DNA of 63,997 bases, counting the filler, from Octopus bimaculoides (taxonomy: Eukaryota): NCBI RefSeq assembly GCF_001194135.2. It is 7 parts of 7 records of this genome, joined end to end, with 100 filler letters (N's around TTAATTAATTAA, not from the genome) between each part and the next. Parts side by side here need not be neighbours in the genome. Positions count along the whole stretch, not along the records: positions 14,185 to 39,600 come from NC_068983.1; 6 more parts are not named here. One strand, 5' to 3'. Shown here in pieces: positions 23,998 through 36,604 of this stretch. The notes beneath the pieces are model-generated. The model was not told where the DNA came from. It saw nothing but the letters and a program-made list of their open reading frames with translations, and ran no database searches. Within the stretch, counting starts at the first letter, position 1; every line of letters starts with the position of its first letter. A program made the translations under genes and the position numbers.

Positions 23998-25245
23998 ATT
24001 GGGTCATCCTATAAATAATGCAGATTTTTCCATTCCATGACTTAAAAGTCGGAAGGAGATGGGATAAACTACCTGCATAAACTACCTGCATCAACTTGCC
24101 ATAAAAGCGGGTAGTAATTTTGCATTGTACTTATTCTTAGTGCAAAATTTGAAGATTGCAATTCGATTTTAACAGTTATTTTTTCAAGGCTATAACAGAA
24201 GTGACAAAGGAACATATTCAGCATGTTTTGCTTTATGAGCTCAATAAAGGCAAAAACGCAACAGAAAGTGCAAGCAATATTAATGCAGTATATGGGGATC
24301 TGGCAATAAGCGTAAGCCAGTGTCAACGGTGGTTCCGGAACTTCCGAACCGCTAACTTCAGCCAAGAAGACGATCATTGTCCTGGAAGATCTGTAAAGCT
24401 CGACGATCACGTCCTGCGAACCCTGGTGGAACAAAATCCCATCATAACTGTTGAGGAACTAGCAGAGATGCTTAGATGTGGTCATTCAACCATCATCGAC
24501 ACCTGCGGACCATCGGAAAAGTCAGCAAATTGGGTGAGTGAGTTCCTCACAAACTTTCCCAGCGTAATCGCGCATAGAGAATGAATGCGAGCTCTTCTTT
24601 GCTGTTACGTTTCAGGAATGAAGCTTGTTTGGACCTAATAGCGATTGGTGACGAGAAATAGGTTCTCTATAAAAATGTCAAGCGCCGAAGAGAGTGGGTA
24701 GGAAAAGGAGAGACACCGTCGCCCTAGACTAAAGAATGTCTTCACTCACGTAAGGTGTTGTTAACTGTTTGGTGGGATAGGAAATGTTTAGCCCACTTTG
24801 AACTTTTAAACCCGAACCAAACGATAACAAAGGAGATTCTCTCCGAGCAGCTTGAGTAGCTTAAGTCAGTGCTAGAAGGAAAATGACCATCTTTAGATTG
24901 AAGACGAAAGGGTTGTCTTCCATCAGTATAATGCTCGGCTACATACAGGGAGGATGACATTCGAGAGGCTGGAGCAGTCTGATTATCATTTGTTATGGAG
25001 TCTTTAAACCCATTTGAACAGAAAAATACGAATTCTACAGATGTGGTCAGAAGAGTATTGGGGGAGTATTTTTCATCACGGACAAGTGAATTTTGAAAGA
25101 GAGGCTATGCAAATCTACCAGATAGATGCAAGAGCATTGTTGGAAATGAAGGAGAGTATATTCTAAATTAAAAAATAACTTTATCTTAATTTTGAAAAAC
25201 AAAAGAAGCATAGAAAAATCGCATTACTTATGGGATGATCCAATA
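23998..25245 (+). mobile_element. Near full-length degenerate mariner (Hsmar1/cecropia-like)
   Basis: TIRs ATTGGGTCATCCTATAAATAATGCAGATTTTTC / rc TATTGGATCATCCCATAAGTAATGCGATTTTTC. Transposase with HTH (HVLLYELNKGKNAT..QRWFRNF), VPHKL, IGDEK*VLY, KVLLTVWWD, FHQYNARLH and SDYHL. Multiple stops and frameshifts. Confidence 0.9.
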
Positions 25246-25330
25246 TATTGCAGACAAGATAGGAAATTACGAATGCAACAAAGATAGCAGAGAAAGACTG
25301 GAAAAAAAAAGACTGGAAAAAAAATAGTTT

Positions 25331-25393
25331 GCAGTAGGTGGCTATGGAACTCGAACCCCTCAGATACCGGCTGAGTGTGCTAACCATTAATCC
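25331..25393 (-). mobile_element. tRNA-like SINE head fragment
   Basis: rc contains A-box-like tggttagc and B-box-like ggttcgagttcc. No cloverleaf. Confidence 0.3.
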
Positions 25394-25499
25394 TTTCGCT
25401 CCGACTTTTGCATAATCAATTTTTATTTTATTTTTTTAATTTTCCGTTTCTTTACACCTTCATTATCTACCATAATTAAATTCTAAACCTTGTTTTTTG

Positions 25500-26565
25500 A
25501 ACGGGGGGTAAAAATGTCCCAATAGTATTCTAATGAACAAAAACTTGGGACTAACCTATTCCAATAGTATTTCACATGCACGTTGAGCAAGTTCGGAAAA
25601 TTACGGAAAGGAAAATGAAATAAATCTTACAGTTTATTTCAAACACAACATGAAGCTATAATTGCTTTCTCATATAATATTTATTATAAATTACAATTAT
25701 TTTCTCATATAATATTTATTATAATTACAATCATTTTTATTATAAATTACGATAATTATATTAACACTTATAAAATAATATATATGTAATAACCCCTTCC
25801 AGATAATACTTATGAAATAATAAACTTCTTTCCTCATATAATTATCATGTAATTATATAATTCTTTTTTCTCTGATATCATACTAACAAATGAATGTAAG
25901 CCTTTTCTCAAATAATATTTACGAGAACAACCATCATTTATAAATACATGGTATGTGTGATTTACTGTAAAAGATTCATCAATGCATAAAAGAATTTTAC
26001 ATTTCTGGCAAGTGTATTGGGTCTTCCTTTCTTTGTTCCTCGAAGTACATCTAGTTAGTACATATCTTCTGAGATTCATTAGTTTTACTGGCATACGTTG
26101 ACCTACATTCGAAATCAACTTTGAAGTCTTAGAAGGCCGTCCGAAAGACATCATTCTCTTTTCTGGAAAATTCGACCTTCCTGCCTCGATCAAACGTTCA
26201 GCTACATTTACTAAGAAATTTATAAATTGTGATTTCTTATGGTGAATTTCAGAGTGAATAACATAGCTGTTATTTATAAACAGCTGTCATCAGAAGCTTG
26301 AAGACCACTTTAGTGCACCATTTTTTCTAGCTTTTCGATCCTGATCATACAATGTCACCATTTGATCAGAGCGTTATACTCCACCCCATACATTTGTTAT
26401 AAAAGATAATCGTTTTTGGACAAGTGAACTCTGTCTTTTTCCCCTCCTACTCCTTATGTTGTAACCCTGATTTGTCCCATCACAAACCATTCTAAATGAA
26501 GAAAATTCACTTTAGTATTAAACAACTTTTCTTGGGATACATAGGTCCCATTAGGAGTGAAGGGG
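25500..26565 (-). mobile_element. piggyBac deletion derivative
   Basis: End at 26565 is GGG followed by TTAA. Peptides FYNKCMG..SDQMVTLYDQDRKARK..LLMTAVY (catalytic C-terminal part) and the Cys-rich domain RCTSRNKERKTQYTCQKCKILLCIDESFTVNHT. The other end is not clearly defined. Confidence 0.85.
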
Positions 26566-26709
26566 TTAAACTATTTTTCAGTCTCATAACGGTGAGTACC
26601 CAATATTTCTCTGCTGTCATTACAGCTTTACTGCGGTTGACATTTTCTTTCTTGCTTGTAAAATATCAACCACATTCGACGTTTCCAAATTTTATTTATA
26701 AAATGTTGT

Positions 26710-26746
<37 letters not shown>

Positions 26747-26754
26747 CTCTATAA

Positions 26755-29340
26755 CTCCAACATAGTAATAACTCTAACAACTTATTTGATATAACCATGG
26801 GATCTTCTGATTCCGCTCAGGCCACAGATTTGGTTGGATTATATATACTTCACCAATTACGCTCACATTTCCCTAATATCCGTGGAGGTCTATATAGGGA
26901 CGATGCATTATTAATTACCAAGGCTATTAATAAATTTTCTATGGAAAAGACTAAAAAGGATCTACACAAATTCTTCTCTAATCTGAATCTATCAATCACA
27001 TTTGAAAACGCATATAAAACGGCCAACTTTCTAGACGTTACTCTAAACCTATCAAACTCGCAATATCATAAACCTAACCAGTACCTAAAATACCTCAATA
27101 TTCACTCTAATCACCACAGATCTACTTTCGATAACATAATCATGGGTATTTCAACCCGCATATCTGATCTATCCTCTTCTGAAGAAATCTTTAACAATCA
27201 CGCTCCATACTACAATCAAGCTCTCGCTGCTAGTGGTTTCTCCCAACAAATAAAATACATCCATAACACCAGACTTAAACAATTTATATCCCAAATCACA
27301 TCCCAAAGACATACCATTAATCACAACCGCAACCAACCACCCACATTTTCTAACAGACCCCACAAACACACTTATAACACTAGGACTAAATCTAAGATGT
27401 ATAAAGCAATTAGCTACACCAAAAATGTAGACAACTGTTCTCCACCTAAATACTTAGATTACAACATACACAGAACCCCCCAAAGAAGCGGTGGCCTCTC
27501 TATACTTTGGTACACCCCCATTCTCACTTAACACTAGGAACTTAGCTAAATCTTTTTTCAAAATACTTGATTCTAACTTCCCCCAACAACATAAATACCA
27601 TTCTATATTCAACAGATCCACTTTGAAATTGTCGTATTCAACTACTTCTAACTTCGAATCTATTATAGCAACTTCTAATAAACATAAACTTTCACTCTAT
27701 TACCAAAACTCACACAACCATAACTATGCTAACGCTAGCACTCGGCGCATGCATACACCCAACATAGACATTAATATACATGCATCTAACACTAACACTC
27801 GTACACTTGAACACGACCACAGTAGATCCTAGCCCACTAACATACTCGATACTAATAATACCATATCCTATAATAATAACAATGATGGGACAAACAACTA
27901 CAATTGATCTAGATTCTTCTACATCCTCACATAACATATCCTCCAACAATAATGCCTCATCCACCACAGAACACCACCCCAAGTCTCATCTACTTGTAAC
28001 TGTCGCTCCGGGACAATCTGCCCTCTACAAACGCATTGCGTAAGATACAACGTAATATATAAATGCACTGTAACGAATCTGCTACATAACTCTACAGCTA
28101 CATACATAGGTTCAACTAAAAACTTCAAACAACGCTACGCAGCCCATTTGCACTCTTTTAGATATGACAACACAGTAAATCTACAACACTAGCCAACCGC
28201 ATTCATCACCTCAAAAGCACAAATACCCAGTATACTTTAAAATGGTCCATCCTGGACTCTGGAATTCCATACCAGGGCCAGCGCTCTAATTGCAAGTTCT
28301 GCTTAAAGGAAGCGTTCCATATTTTAAAATACAATTCTCCCACTCTACTTAATCGATATAACGAAGCACTTAGCACCTGCAATCATCGTTTTTCCATACA
28401 TTTAAATTCTATCACAGACACAAATGCACAAATGACCACACAACATAATCACACAACTCTCTATAGGCAACCTATTCGACCTAGCAAAATGGTCCCCCTT
28501 ATACCATCTTTAGAATAGATTTATTTTATTTTAGATCCTATCACTACTTAGTATATTTTCTCTTAATTTACTTCCTTTATACTGCCTTGCCAATAACACC
28601 ACCACCACCTGCAGGCTCCCTGTTGATAACTACAATCAACTCTAAGTAGCATCTGATCCCCCTTCTACCATCTTGAAATTAGGTTTAGCTCTATTTTTAG
28701 AACATGTTACTACTAATTCTTTCTTTCTCTCCTATTTTCCTTTAATACTGTTTTTAGAATGTCACCCACACCCTCACCACTTATAGCCTACCTCTCCATA
28801 CTACCTCCTCACATTCCTTCTTCCTTACTAAACCTTTGCCTCCACCCCCTCTTTCTTCCTTTGCTCCCTATACTTATTCTCCCTGTCCTGTCAGATTAAC
28901 TGACCATAAAACCTGTCACTACTATTCCTCACTTGAATTACTTCTCTCTTCCCTTTCCTTCCTGTCTTAAGACTTGACCTCTTTACCCTACACACATCTC
29001 TCAGTTGATTTAGGCTATCCTTTGAGTAAACAACACGCAATATGCTCCGGACACGATATGACATATATTCACCTTTGCTATATTCACCTTTGCTACTACA
29101 ATTATCTCCGGAAAATACCCACAAAGATTATTTACATGGATATTTACTACTGGAATGAAGCTACACTCCAAGTACTGTTTCTTCTTTCTTTTTTCAGCCC
29201 AATCACACTCACACTCACTTCCTACTATAACTCTCCTCTTATAGATATACTTTTCCATTCCTCTAATATTTCTGTCTCCGATGAAGAGATACATTGGATT
29301 TTCCCTGAAACAGCTGTAAGACTTTATCCATAAAATATAT
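26755..29340 (+). mobile_element. Penelope-like element, Naiad-type, 5'-truncated
   Basis: RT motifs FDITMGSSDSAQATDLVGLYIL, GLYRDD, NFLDVTLNL, HSNH, WYTPPF..KLSYST. GIY-YIG domain CNCR..CPL..C..NVIYKCTV..YIGSTKNFKQRY..H..KWSIL..CKFCLKE..LLNR..E..STCNHR. Several frameshifts. Starts next to (TA)n and ends with a hammerhead-like motif. Confidence 0.92.
29274..29322 (+). ncRNA. Degenerate minimal hammerhead at Naiad 3' end
   Basis: GTCT-CCGATGA-AGAGA...TCCCT-GAAA-CAGCTGTA-AGAC. Core carries a U4-to-C change and stem II has one mismatch. Palindromic stem III ACAGCTGT, GUA triplet. Confidence 0.55.
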
Positions 29341-29378
29341 TTCTAAATTTTCCATTGTTCTCTTTATCCTTTTCTCTC

Positions 29379-29472
<94 letters not shown>

Positions 29473-29528
29473 CACACACACATATATATATATATATATA
29501 CACACACACACGTATATACATATATATG

Positions 29529-29859
29529 TGAAGGCGCATGGCTCAGTGGTTAGAGCGGCGAGCTTACGATCGTGAGGTTGTGAGATCGAAACTCGGACAG
29601 AGCTGCATGTTGTGTTCTTGAGCAAGAGACTTTATTTCACGTTGCTCCAGTTCACTCAGCTGTAGAAGTAAGTTGCGACGTCACAAGCTGTATCGGTCTT
29701 TGCTCTTCCCTTTGATAACAGTGGTGGCGTGGAAAGGGGAGGCATGGTATGCATGGGCGACTGCTAGTCTTCCATAAAACAACCTTGCCCGGACTTGTGC
29801 TTGGAGGGTAACTCTCTAGGTGCAACCCCATGGTCAGTCATGACCGAGGGGGGTCAGAG

Positions 29860-29860
<1 letters not shown>
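29529..29860 (+). mobile_element. tRNA-derived CORE-like SINE (family C)
   Basis: A-box tggctcagtggttagag, B-box-like gagatcgaaactc, CORE-like tgtgttcttgagcaag..ctttatttcacgttgctccagttcactcagctg. Confidence 0.75.
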
Positions 29861-29957
<97 letters not shown>

Positions 29958-31695
29958 CAAAGCAGCTAAAGCGGTTTAATAAATTTGGCTTTGATGACAG
30001 ATAAAGTGGTTTAATTCTTGAAAATGTGGTAGACCTTGTTTAATATATGTAATTGAGGTAACATATTTTAATATATGTCAAGTGACTTCATATATATATA
30101 TAACTGACGTGATGAGTTTAGTACATTTAGTACATTGTCTATAGTGAAGTCGTTTAATATATACAACTACAATAAAGTAGTTTTGATATATGGAAGTGAG
30201 TTGAAGTGGTTCAATACAAATGACAGCGGTAAAATTGTTCAATAATGTAACTACAGCAAAGTGCTTTCTTACATGTAATGTGAGATAAAGTGATTTAATA
30301 CACGTAACTTCAAAAAAGAGTTTCATACATATCTATTATTCGTTTTACGTTGATTACGTTATGCATTACTTATGTGATATTAATGTTGATTTCTGCTGTC
30401 TTGTTGACCTCAGAAAAGTTGTTTTTTATTCTCGATTAAATCTAAACATCACTTACTATGTTGAAAGACGAAAGAGTATCGGACAAATAGTCGTGTGATC
30501 GTTGGTTTATATGATAAATTAAGCGTGTAGCTCTAATCGATTAAAACTCTTAAAAGTGATGCCGCATTATTACGACAAATTCAATTCATCACACAACAAA
30601 TTCAATAACACCCGGCTAGCTGGCTGAAACTTTGCAAGTTCGTACATTGTCACCAGGGTTGCAATATCTCTGTAACCACGACCTTTAACTGAGAAGGGCA
30701 TCGCTCAACTAGTAATACTCGGGAGTGCAACAGTTCCCCTTACGTAGTACTAGTTACCAAACACTTCGTTAGACTTTAGTTCTGTTGCTGGAAAGATTCC
30801 AGAGGAAGGTTATTTGTCATTCTGACGGACCGCAAAGAGAAATTATTCACTTGTATCGGTTCATTATGGTAATGTCCATGGCTGAATTTATCATATCATT
30901 TCTTATATGGCAGATAAACCTAACTATGCTCTATGGAGAAGCTGATGTGCTGTGAAAAGGTAAAACAAATATCAAAAAGATTTCCTGCAAGGCCATCCAG
31001 AAGATGTTAGTTATATAGAGTAGTATAAGTGATTGTATAAAATTTTGAATGACTGCAACGAAAGAAGATACGGATAAAAACATCTGCTAAGTATCAAATC
31101 TGGTCTGTGGCATATTCTAACAGAAACGCTTTAGTTAATTCAGAGACATGAGAATGAAAACGAAGTACACATCATTGCTTTGAAGAGGATGTCTATATAA
31201 AGGTTGTAACAATGAAGACAAATAGCTACAACTGTAAATTTTATCGGGTCATTAAATCATATTTATCAGAGTTTATCAAAGATAAGCTGTCGTGTTTACC
31301 AAGAAATATAAAATGTATTGCTTTATTTTGAAATTCTAAATATTTCGGAAGTTGTTTGTGTAAACTTAATGAAATACATTAAACTTGTAAAAGTTTTTCC
31401 TTCTACAATTTATCATACATATGTACATTTATCTGTATGGTCATATATATACATAAATATTGACCATATATTCATGTATTTAATATTGGAGCAATTCATG
31501 ATGTTTGAAAGCGAGTGAATATGATAATGCGAAGTTGGAGGCTACAGGTGAAAATGAGATAGTTCCTGTTGAAAAGTGACTTTCAAATGCAATGATACAT
31601 TTTGAAATAATTACATCCCCACCAAACCTCTAGTGTCTGGCATTTATTGTATGTATATATATGTATGTATGTATATATATGTATATATATGTATA

Positions 31696-31738
<43 letters not shown>

Positions 31739-32174
31739 NNNNNNNNNNNNNNNNNNNNNNNNNNNNNNNNNNNNNNNNNNNNNNNNNNNNNNNNNNNNNN
31801 NNNNNNNNNNNNNNNNNNNNNNNNNNNNNNNNNNNNNNNNNNNNNNNNNNNNNNNNNNNNNNNNNNNNNNNNNNNNNNNNNNNNNNNNNNNNNNNNNNNN
31901 NNNNNNNNNNNNNNNNNNNNNNNNNNNNNNNNNNNNNNNNNNNNNNNNNNNNNNNNNNNNNNNNNNNNNNNNNNNNNNNNNNNNNNNNNNNNNNNNNNNN
32001 NNNNNNNNNNNNNNNNNNNNNNNNNNNNNNNNNNNNNNNNNNNNNNNNNNNNNNNNNNNNNNNNNNNNNNNNNNNNNNNNNNNNNNNNNNNNNNNNNNNN
32101 NNNNNNNNNNNNNNNNNNNNNNNNNNNNNNNNNNNNNNNNNNNNNNNNNNNNNNNNNNNNNNNNNNNNNNNNNN

Positions 32175-32213
<39 letters not shown>

Positions 32214-32220
32214 TTATATA

Positions 32221-34051
32221 CGGGGGAATTCACAAAAAGACAAAGACAGGTGATGTAGACAACAAACAGATGTATTAGTTTAACGCTCTTCCACAGAAAG
32301 GAGAACAGAAAGAAACAGAGAGAGAAAATAAAGAATGTGTAGTGGCTAGCGATTTATCATGGCGAATGCCAGACAGAGGGGTCACACAGTGGAGCTAGGA
32401 AAAAGGGGAGCTAATAAAGTAGTCGTGATCCCAAAGTGAAGGTGCGCATGAGCGTGTATAAGAGAGCATGAATTGGCGTGTGGGAGAGGGCTGGTGACCT
32501 TGACGTGTGCGTGTGTGCATGTGTAGGTGTGTGGATGATGGTGTGGGTGCTGGGAAGTGGTCAGTGCTATTGTGTGCGTGGTGGTGTGATGTGATGTGAT
32601 GTGGTGTGGTAGGGTGGTGTGTGGTATGGTGGTGCTGGGATATGGGGGAGGCGAAAGTGAGGAAAGTAAGGGTTGGGTGTGGGTTAGGATGAGAGTAGGA
32701 GTAGAGGCGGGGTATGTGAGAGTGGGTGTAAGGGATGGGATGCGGGTGGGATGGGTTGGATAGAGAAGGTGGTGTTGGATTGTATAGGGCTGGGGTTACT
32801 AGGGAGGGGTGACGATGAAGGGGAGGGGGAAGGGAGAATGTGGGTAGGAGTGAAGAGAAGAGAGAAGGAGGGTAGGAGTGAAGAGAAGTAGGAGTCGGAG
32901 TAAGAGAGGAAAGGTGGGTGGGAGGAAGAAGTTGTGAGAGGAAGAGATGAGAAGGGAGGAGGGTTAGAGGTAGAGAGGAGGAGAGTTGAACCCTTGTGAC
33001 GCAAAGGAGCGAAGAGACAAGATTAATCGCTGTTCACGGCGAAGATGGGAGTCCGGATGGTCCCTGTGCAAGGACAGTCCGAACACAGACAGGTGTTGCA
33101 AAGAGTGACCGGTAGAGCGGATATGGAGCGAGACCGGGGTGTCATTGCCAAGTCGGATGTCTCGGAGGTGTTCCGCAAACCGGTTAGCGAAGCGGCGTCC
33201 TGTTTGCCCGCTGTATAGAGAAGGGCAGAGAGAGCAGTAGATGCAGTAGATGACGTTACTAGAAGTGCATGTGAAGTTGTGATATAATAGGGTCGATGAT
33301 GGGTGCCTGTGAGGGTGGTGGTGCTGGAGAGGTAAGCGCAAGTGCGGCAGCCTGGGTGGGAGCAGGGGGAACGAGCCGGGTTGGAAGGTTGGGTTAGTGA
33401 AGAAACTGTGGGCCAAGAGGTCTCGTAGGTTGTAGGCTCGTTTGAAGGAGAGGAGTGGTCGGACTGGAGTCGCTGGAAGGCTCGGAGAGGTAGGGTGGTG
33501 AGGTGGTAGGTGAAGGGAAACAGGAGACGGGAGATGGTGGGGCAGATGCATGGTCCACGGAATGTGCTCTGGCAAGGGCGGTGTGGATAGTGCTGAGGGG
33601 ATATCCACGAAGAATGAAGTGGCGAGCCATGAGTTGGGACTGAGTCTCAAAGTCATGGTCGTCACTGCAGAACCTGCGTAGACGGAGAAACTGGGAATAG
33701 GGTATGGAGAGCTTGGTGTGTTTAGGGTGGAAGGAAGACAAGTTGAGGCATGAGTGTGAGTCTGTGTGTTTGTAGAGGATGGAGGTGGTGAGTGTGGAGT
33801 GATGAATACTGACCGAAATGTCAAAAAAGGAGACAGAAGTGTCAAAGATAGTGCAGGAGAAGTGGAGGGTAGGATGGAAAGATTTTACAAAAGAGAGAAA
33901 TGAGACTAGATGTTCGCGAGAGAGTGAGATCGCACCGATACAGTCGTCATTCGGGAGTGGGACCAGTGAAACTTGAGAATATTTGGGCCTCAACGTAGTC
34001 AACGAACAGGTTCGCATAGTTGGGGCCCATTCTCATTTCCATGGCCACTGG
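32221..34051 (-). mobile_element. Penelope-like element, Neptune-type, 5'-truncated
   Basis: RT motifs VAMEMRMGPNYANLFV, NDDCIG, SFFDISV, LYKHTDSHSCL..SSFHPKHTKLSIPYSQFLRLRRFCS..RGYP. Linker Cys knuckle PCSHPGCRTC. GIY-YIG FTCTSSNVIYCIYCSLCPSLYSGQTGRRFANRFAEH. Polypyrimidine tail. (TA)n on both flanks. Confidence 0.92.
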
Positions 34052-34967
34052 TTACATCTTGTGTGTGTGTATATATATATATATATATTACTCAAAGGAA
34101 TTCCAACTTATGATATTCATATACGATATAAAATGATATAATAAAATGAAATGAAATGAAGTATTAATTGTCTATTCTTGAAAAATTGAAATATTAAATA
34201 TCCATTCTTATTGAACTAGTAAACTTCCTTGCATTTATGCAATCTTCAGGTTCATATGGTGGTGGTGACAGTTGTGTTCGTTGGTTTCAACTTCGATTGA
34301 TTGGTTAAATTTTGTCCTTTATATACATTCCAGTGGTTAGACGTATTAGTTGCTTGGCTATTTTTAGAAATGATGCAATACTATTTTTCAGTGTTTATTT
34401 TTAGAAATGATGACAGCAGTACATTTTAGAGATTATTATCGGTACTACTGCTACCTTTTGTTATTATGGATGTGGAATACTACAAGGATTTGCTTGAGGA
34501 CTAACTGGAGGATACAACCTTTTATTGTGAAATAACTTCTAATATAGACCACTACGTCATGAAGAAGATCAACTACCTGGTTTCAAAACACTATAACTCA
34601 CTCACTGGCAATGAGAATACATCACCAATTTCGAGCCAAAACTCAGCAACTTTTACGGCTTACCAAAAATGCATAAGAATAGACAATTAATACTTCATTT
34701 CATTTCTTTTTACTATATCATTTTATATCTTATATGAATATTATAAGATTACATATAAAAAGTTAACAACAGACAGTATTCATGTATATATGTACCTTAA
34801 TCCCCTGAGATTGCAGATAATATTTCTGAATCTCTTTGATTCTTTAGATGTGCTGGCCTCCTGATAATTAATCGATATTAATTAATATATGAATAATTAC
34901 CAGATTTTATAATAATATGTATGTATATATATATATACAAAAATAAAAACAAAAACACAAAGGATTC

Positions 34968-35043
34968 TGCGGTACACGTGTTTCAAGCTTTATAGTTGTT
35001 ACGTCAGTGTATAATTGACAGTATAAAGCTATCTTCAGCCGCA
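34968..35043 (-). ncRNA. Minimal type-I hammerhead ribozyme
   Basis: rc: TGCGG-CTGAAGA-t-AGCTTTATA...TATAAAGCT-t-GAAA-CACGTGTA-CCGCA. Perfect 5-bp stem I, 9-bp stem II, palindromic stem III ACACGTGT, GUA triplet. Confidence 0.85.
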
Positions 35044-35462
35044 AATGTATTCTCTCTCAAGAATTATATCACAGGCGTTAAAGGAGGAAGAAAGATGAGA
35101 TATAAGAGGTGAGGTTCCGNNNNNNNNNNGCCAAAACTCAGCAACTTTTACGGCTTACCAAAAATGCATAAGAATAGACAATTAATACTTCATTTCATTT
35201 CTTTTTACTATATCATTTTATATCTTATATGAATATTATAAGATTACATATAAAAAGTTAACAACAGACAGTATTCATGTATATATGTACCTTAATCCCC
35301 TGAGATTGCAGATAATATTTCTGAATCTCTTTGATTCTTTAGATGTGCTGGCCTCCTGATAATTAATCGATATTAATTAATATATGAATAATTACCAGAT
35401 TTTATAATAATATGTATGTATATATATATATACAAAAATAAAAACAAAAACACAAAGGATTC

Positions 35463-35538
35463 TGCGGTACACGTGTTTCAAGCTTTATAGTTGTTACGTC
35501 AGTGTATAATTGACAGTATAAAGCTATCTTCAGCCGCA
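35463..35538 (-). ncRNA. Hammerhead copy inside a probable assembly duplication
   Basis: Identical to 34968-35043. Lies in a 485-bp exact duplicate that starts at a 10-N gap. Confidence 0.5.
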
Positions 35539-36527
35539 AATGTATTCTCTCTCAAGAATTATATCACAGGCGTTAAAGGAGGAAGAAAGATGAGATATAA
35601 GAGGTGAGGTTCCGTTTGGTATTTTGCATTGTACTATACCTCATAGAATTCTTAATTTGATATATTTATACATAATTTTATCGGTACTCCGGAATCCGTC
35701 CATACCTTGCCACAATTCAGCGTGTAGTGTTAAGTTGGTGGTTAAAAACAATACAATAAAATAACATAACAAAAATGAAATAATAATATAAAATAAAATA
35801 GGAATATAAAATACTAAGAAGAAAAAATAATACAGATCTTCATACAAAAATAAAACTAAAATAAAGTAAAACATAAAAGGAGTCAAATCGGTGGGGTAGG
35901 TAATCTAAGAAACAATAAGAGAAAATCTGGATAGTCAAGTAAGATACATCCAAGCTATTTAGACGGGTTGGCGAAGGGTGGTGAGGAAAAATCTAAATGT
36001 AGAAGAAGATAAAGCGATAAATAGATATAGATACATAGATCTTAAAGGTCGTAAGGGATAGATATATATATATGAACTGTGTCTGCCTATATCAGTGGTG
36101 GGTCGTAAATAAGTAGTGTCAGGCCAGAATAAACTTGAAACATGATATTCTTGTGGTGAGTGGTCAACCTAAGCGAATTATAACTTAAGTGTACTAACTT
36201 ATCTACATACACTTATCTAGATGAAGAAGGGTGAAGGAAATGGAAAGGGTAATTATAACATAGAAGACTTTAAAGAATGATTAATTAAACATGTCAACAA
36301 GAAAAGGGAAATAAAGTATATGGGAGAGGGAGGGTTGGACGTTAAAATTCAAAATACTGAGTATTGGGGGCATTTCGACCGTAGTAATATAGTATAACAG
36401 TGATAGGAAATAATATCACCCACATTAATAATGTAACAAATAAAATAAGAACTAAAAAATAATAAAAATAAGAGATAAAGAATAAAAATAACGCCTATGT
36501 GATATAATTCTTGGGAGAGAATACATT

Positions 36528-36604
36528 TGCGGCTGAAGATAGCTTTTATACTGTCAATTATACACTGATGTAACAACTATAAAGCTTGAAACACGTGTAC
36601 CGCA
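36528..36604 (+). ncRNA. Minimal type-I hammerhead ribozyme
   Basis: TGCGG-CTGAAGA-tAGCTTTTATA...TATAAAGCTt-GAAA-CACGTGTA-CCGCA. Same family as 34968-35043, opposite strand, with small differences. Confidence 0.85.

Noticed and set aside
25331-25393. Possible tRNA gene; similar tRNA-like heads at 1415, 29537 and 39830
   Set aside because: No complete cloverleaf, and the heads continue into SINE bodies or are degenerate.
32240-32320. Expected hammerhead in the Neptune-type 3' repeat
   Set aside because: Only a CTGTGGA-like remnant on the minus strand, with no GAAA or stem III recoverable.
34635-35614. 485-bp exact tandem duplication with one hammerhead per unit, resembling a retrozyme dimer able to release a ~495-nt monomer
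   Set aside because: The two copies look identical and are separated only by a 10-N gap, and the second starts mid-RT fragment exactly at the gap. This is the signature of unmerged overlapping contig ends. Only long reads spanning both copies would rescue it.
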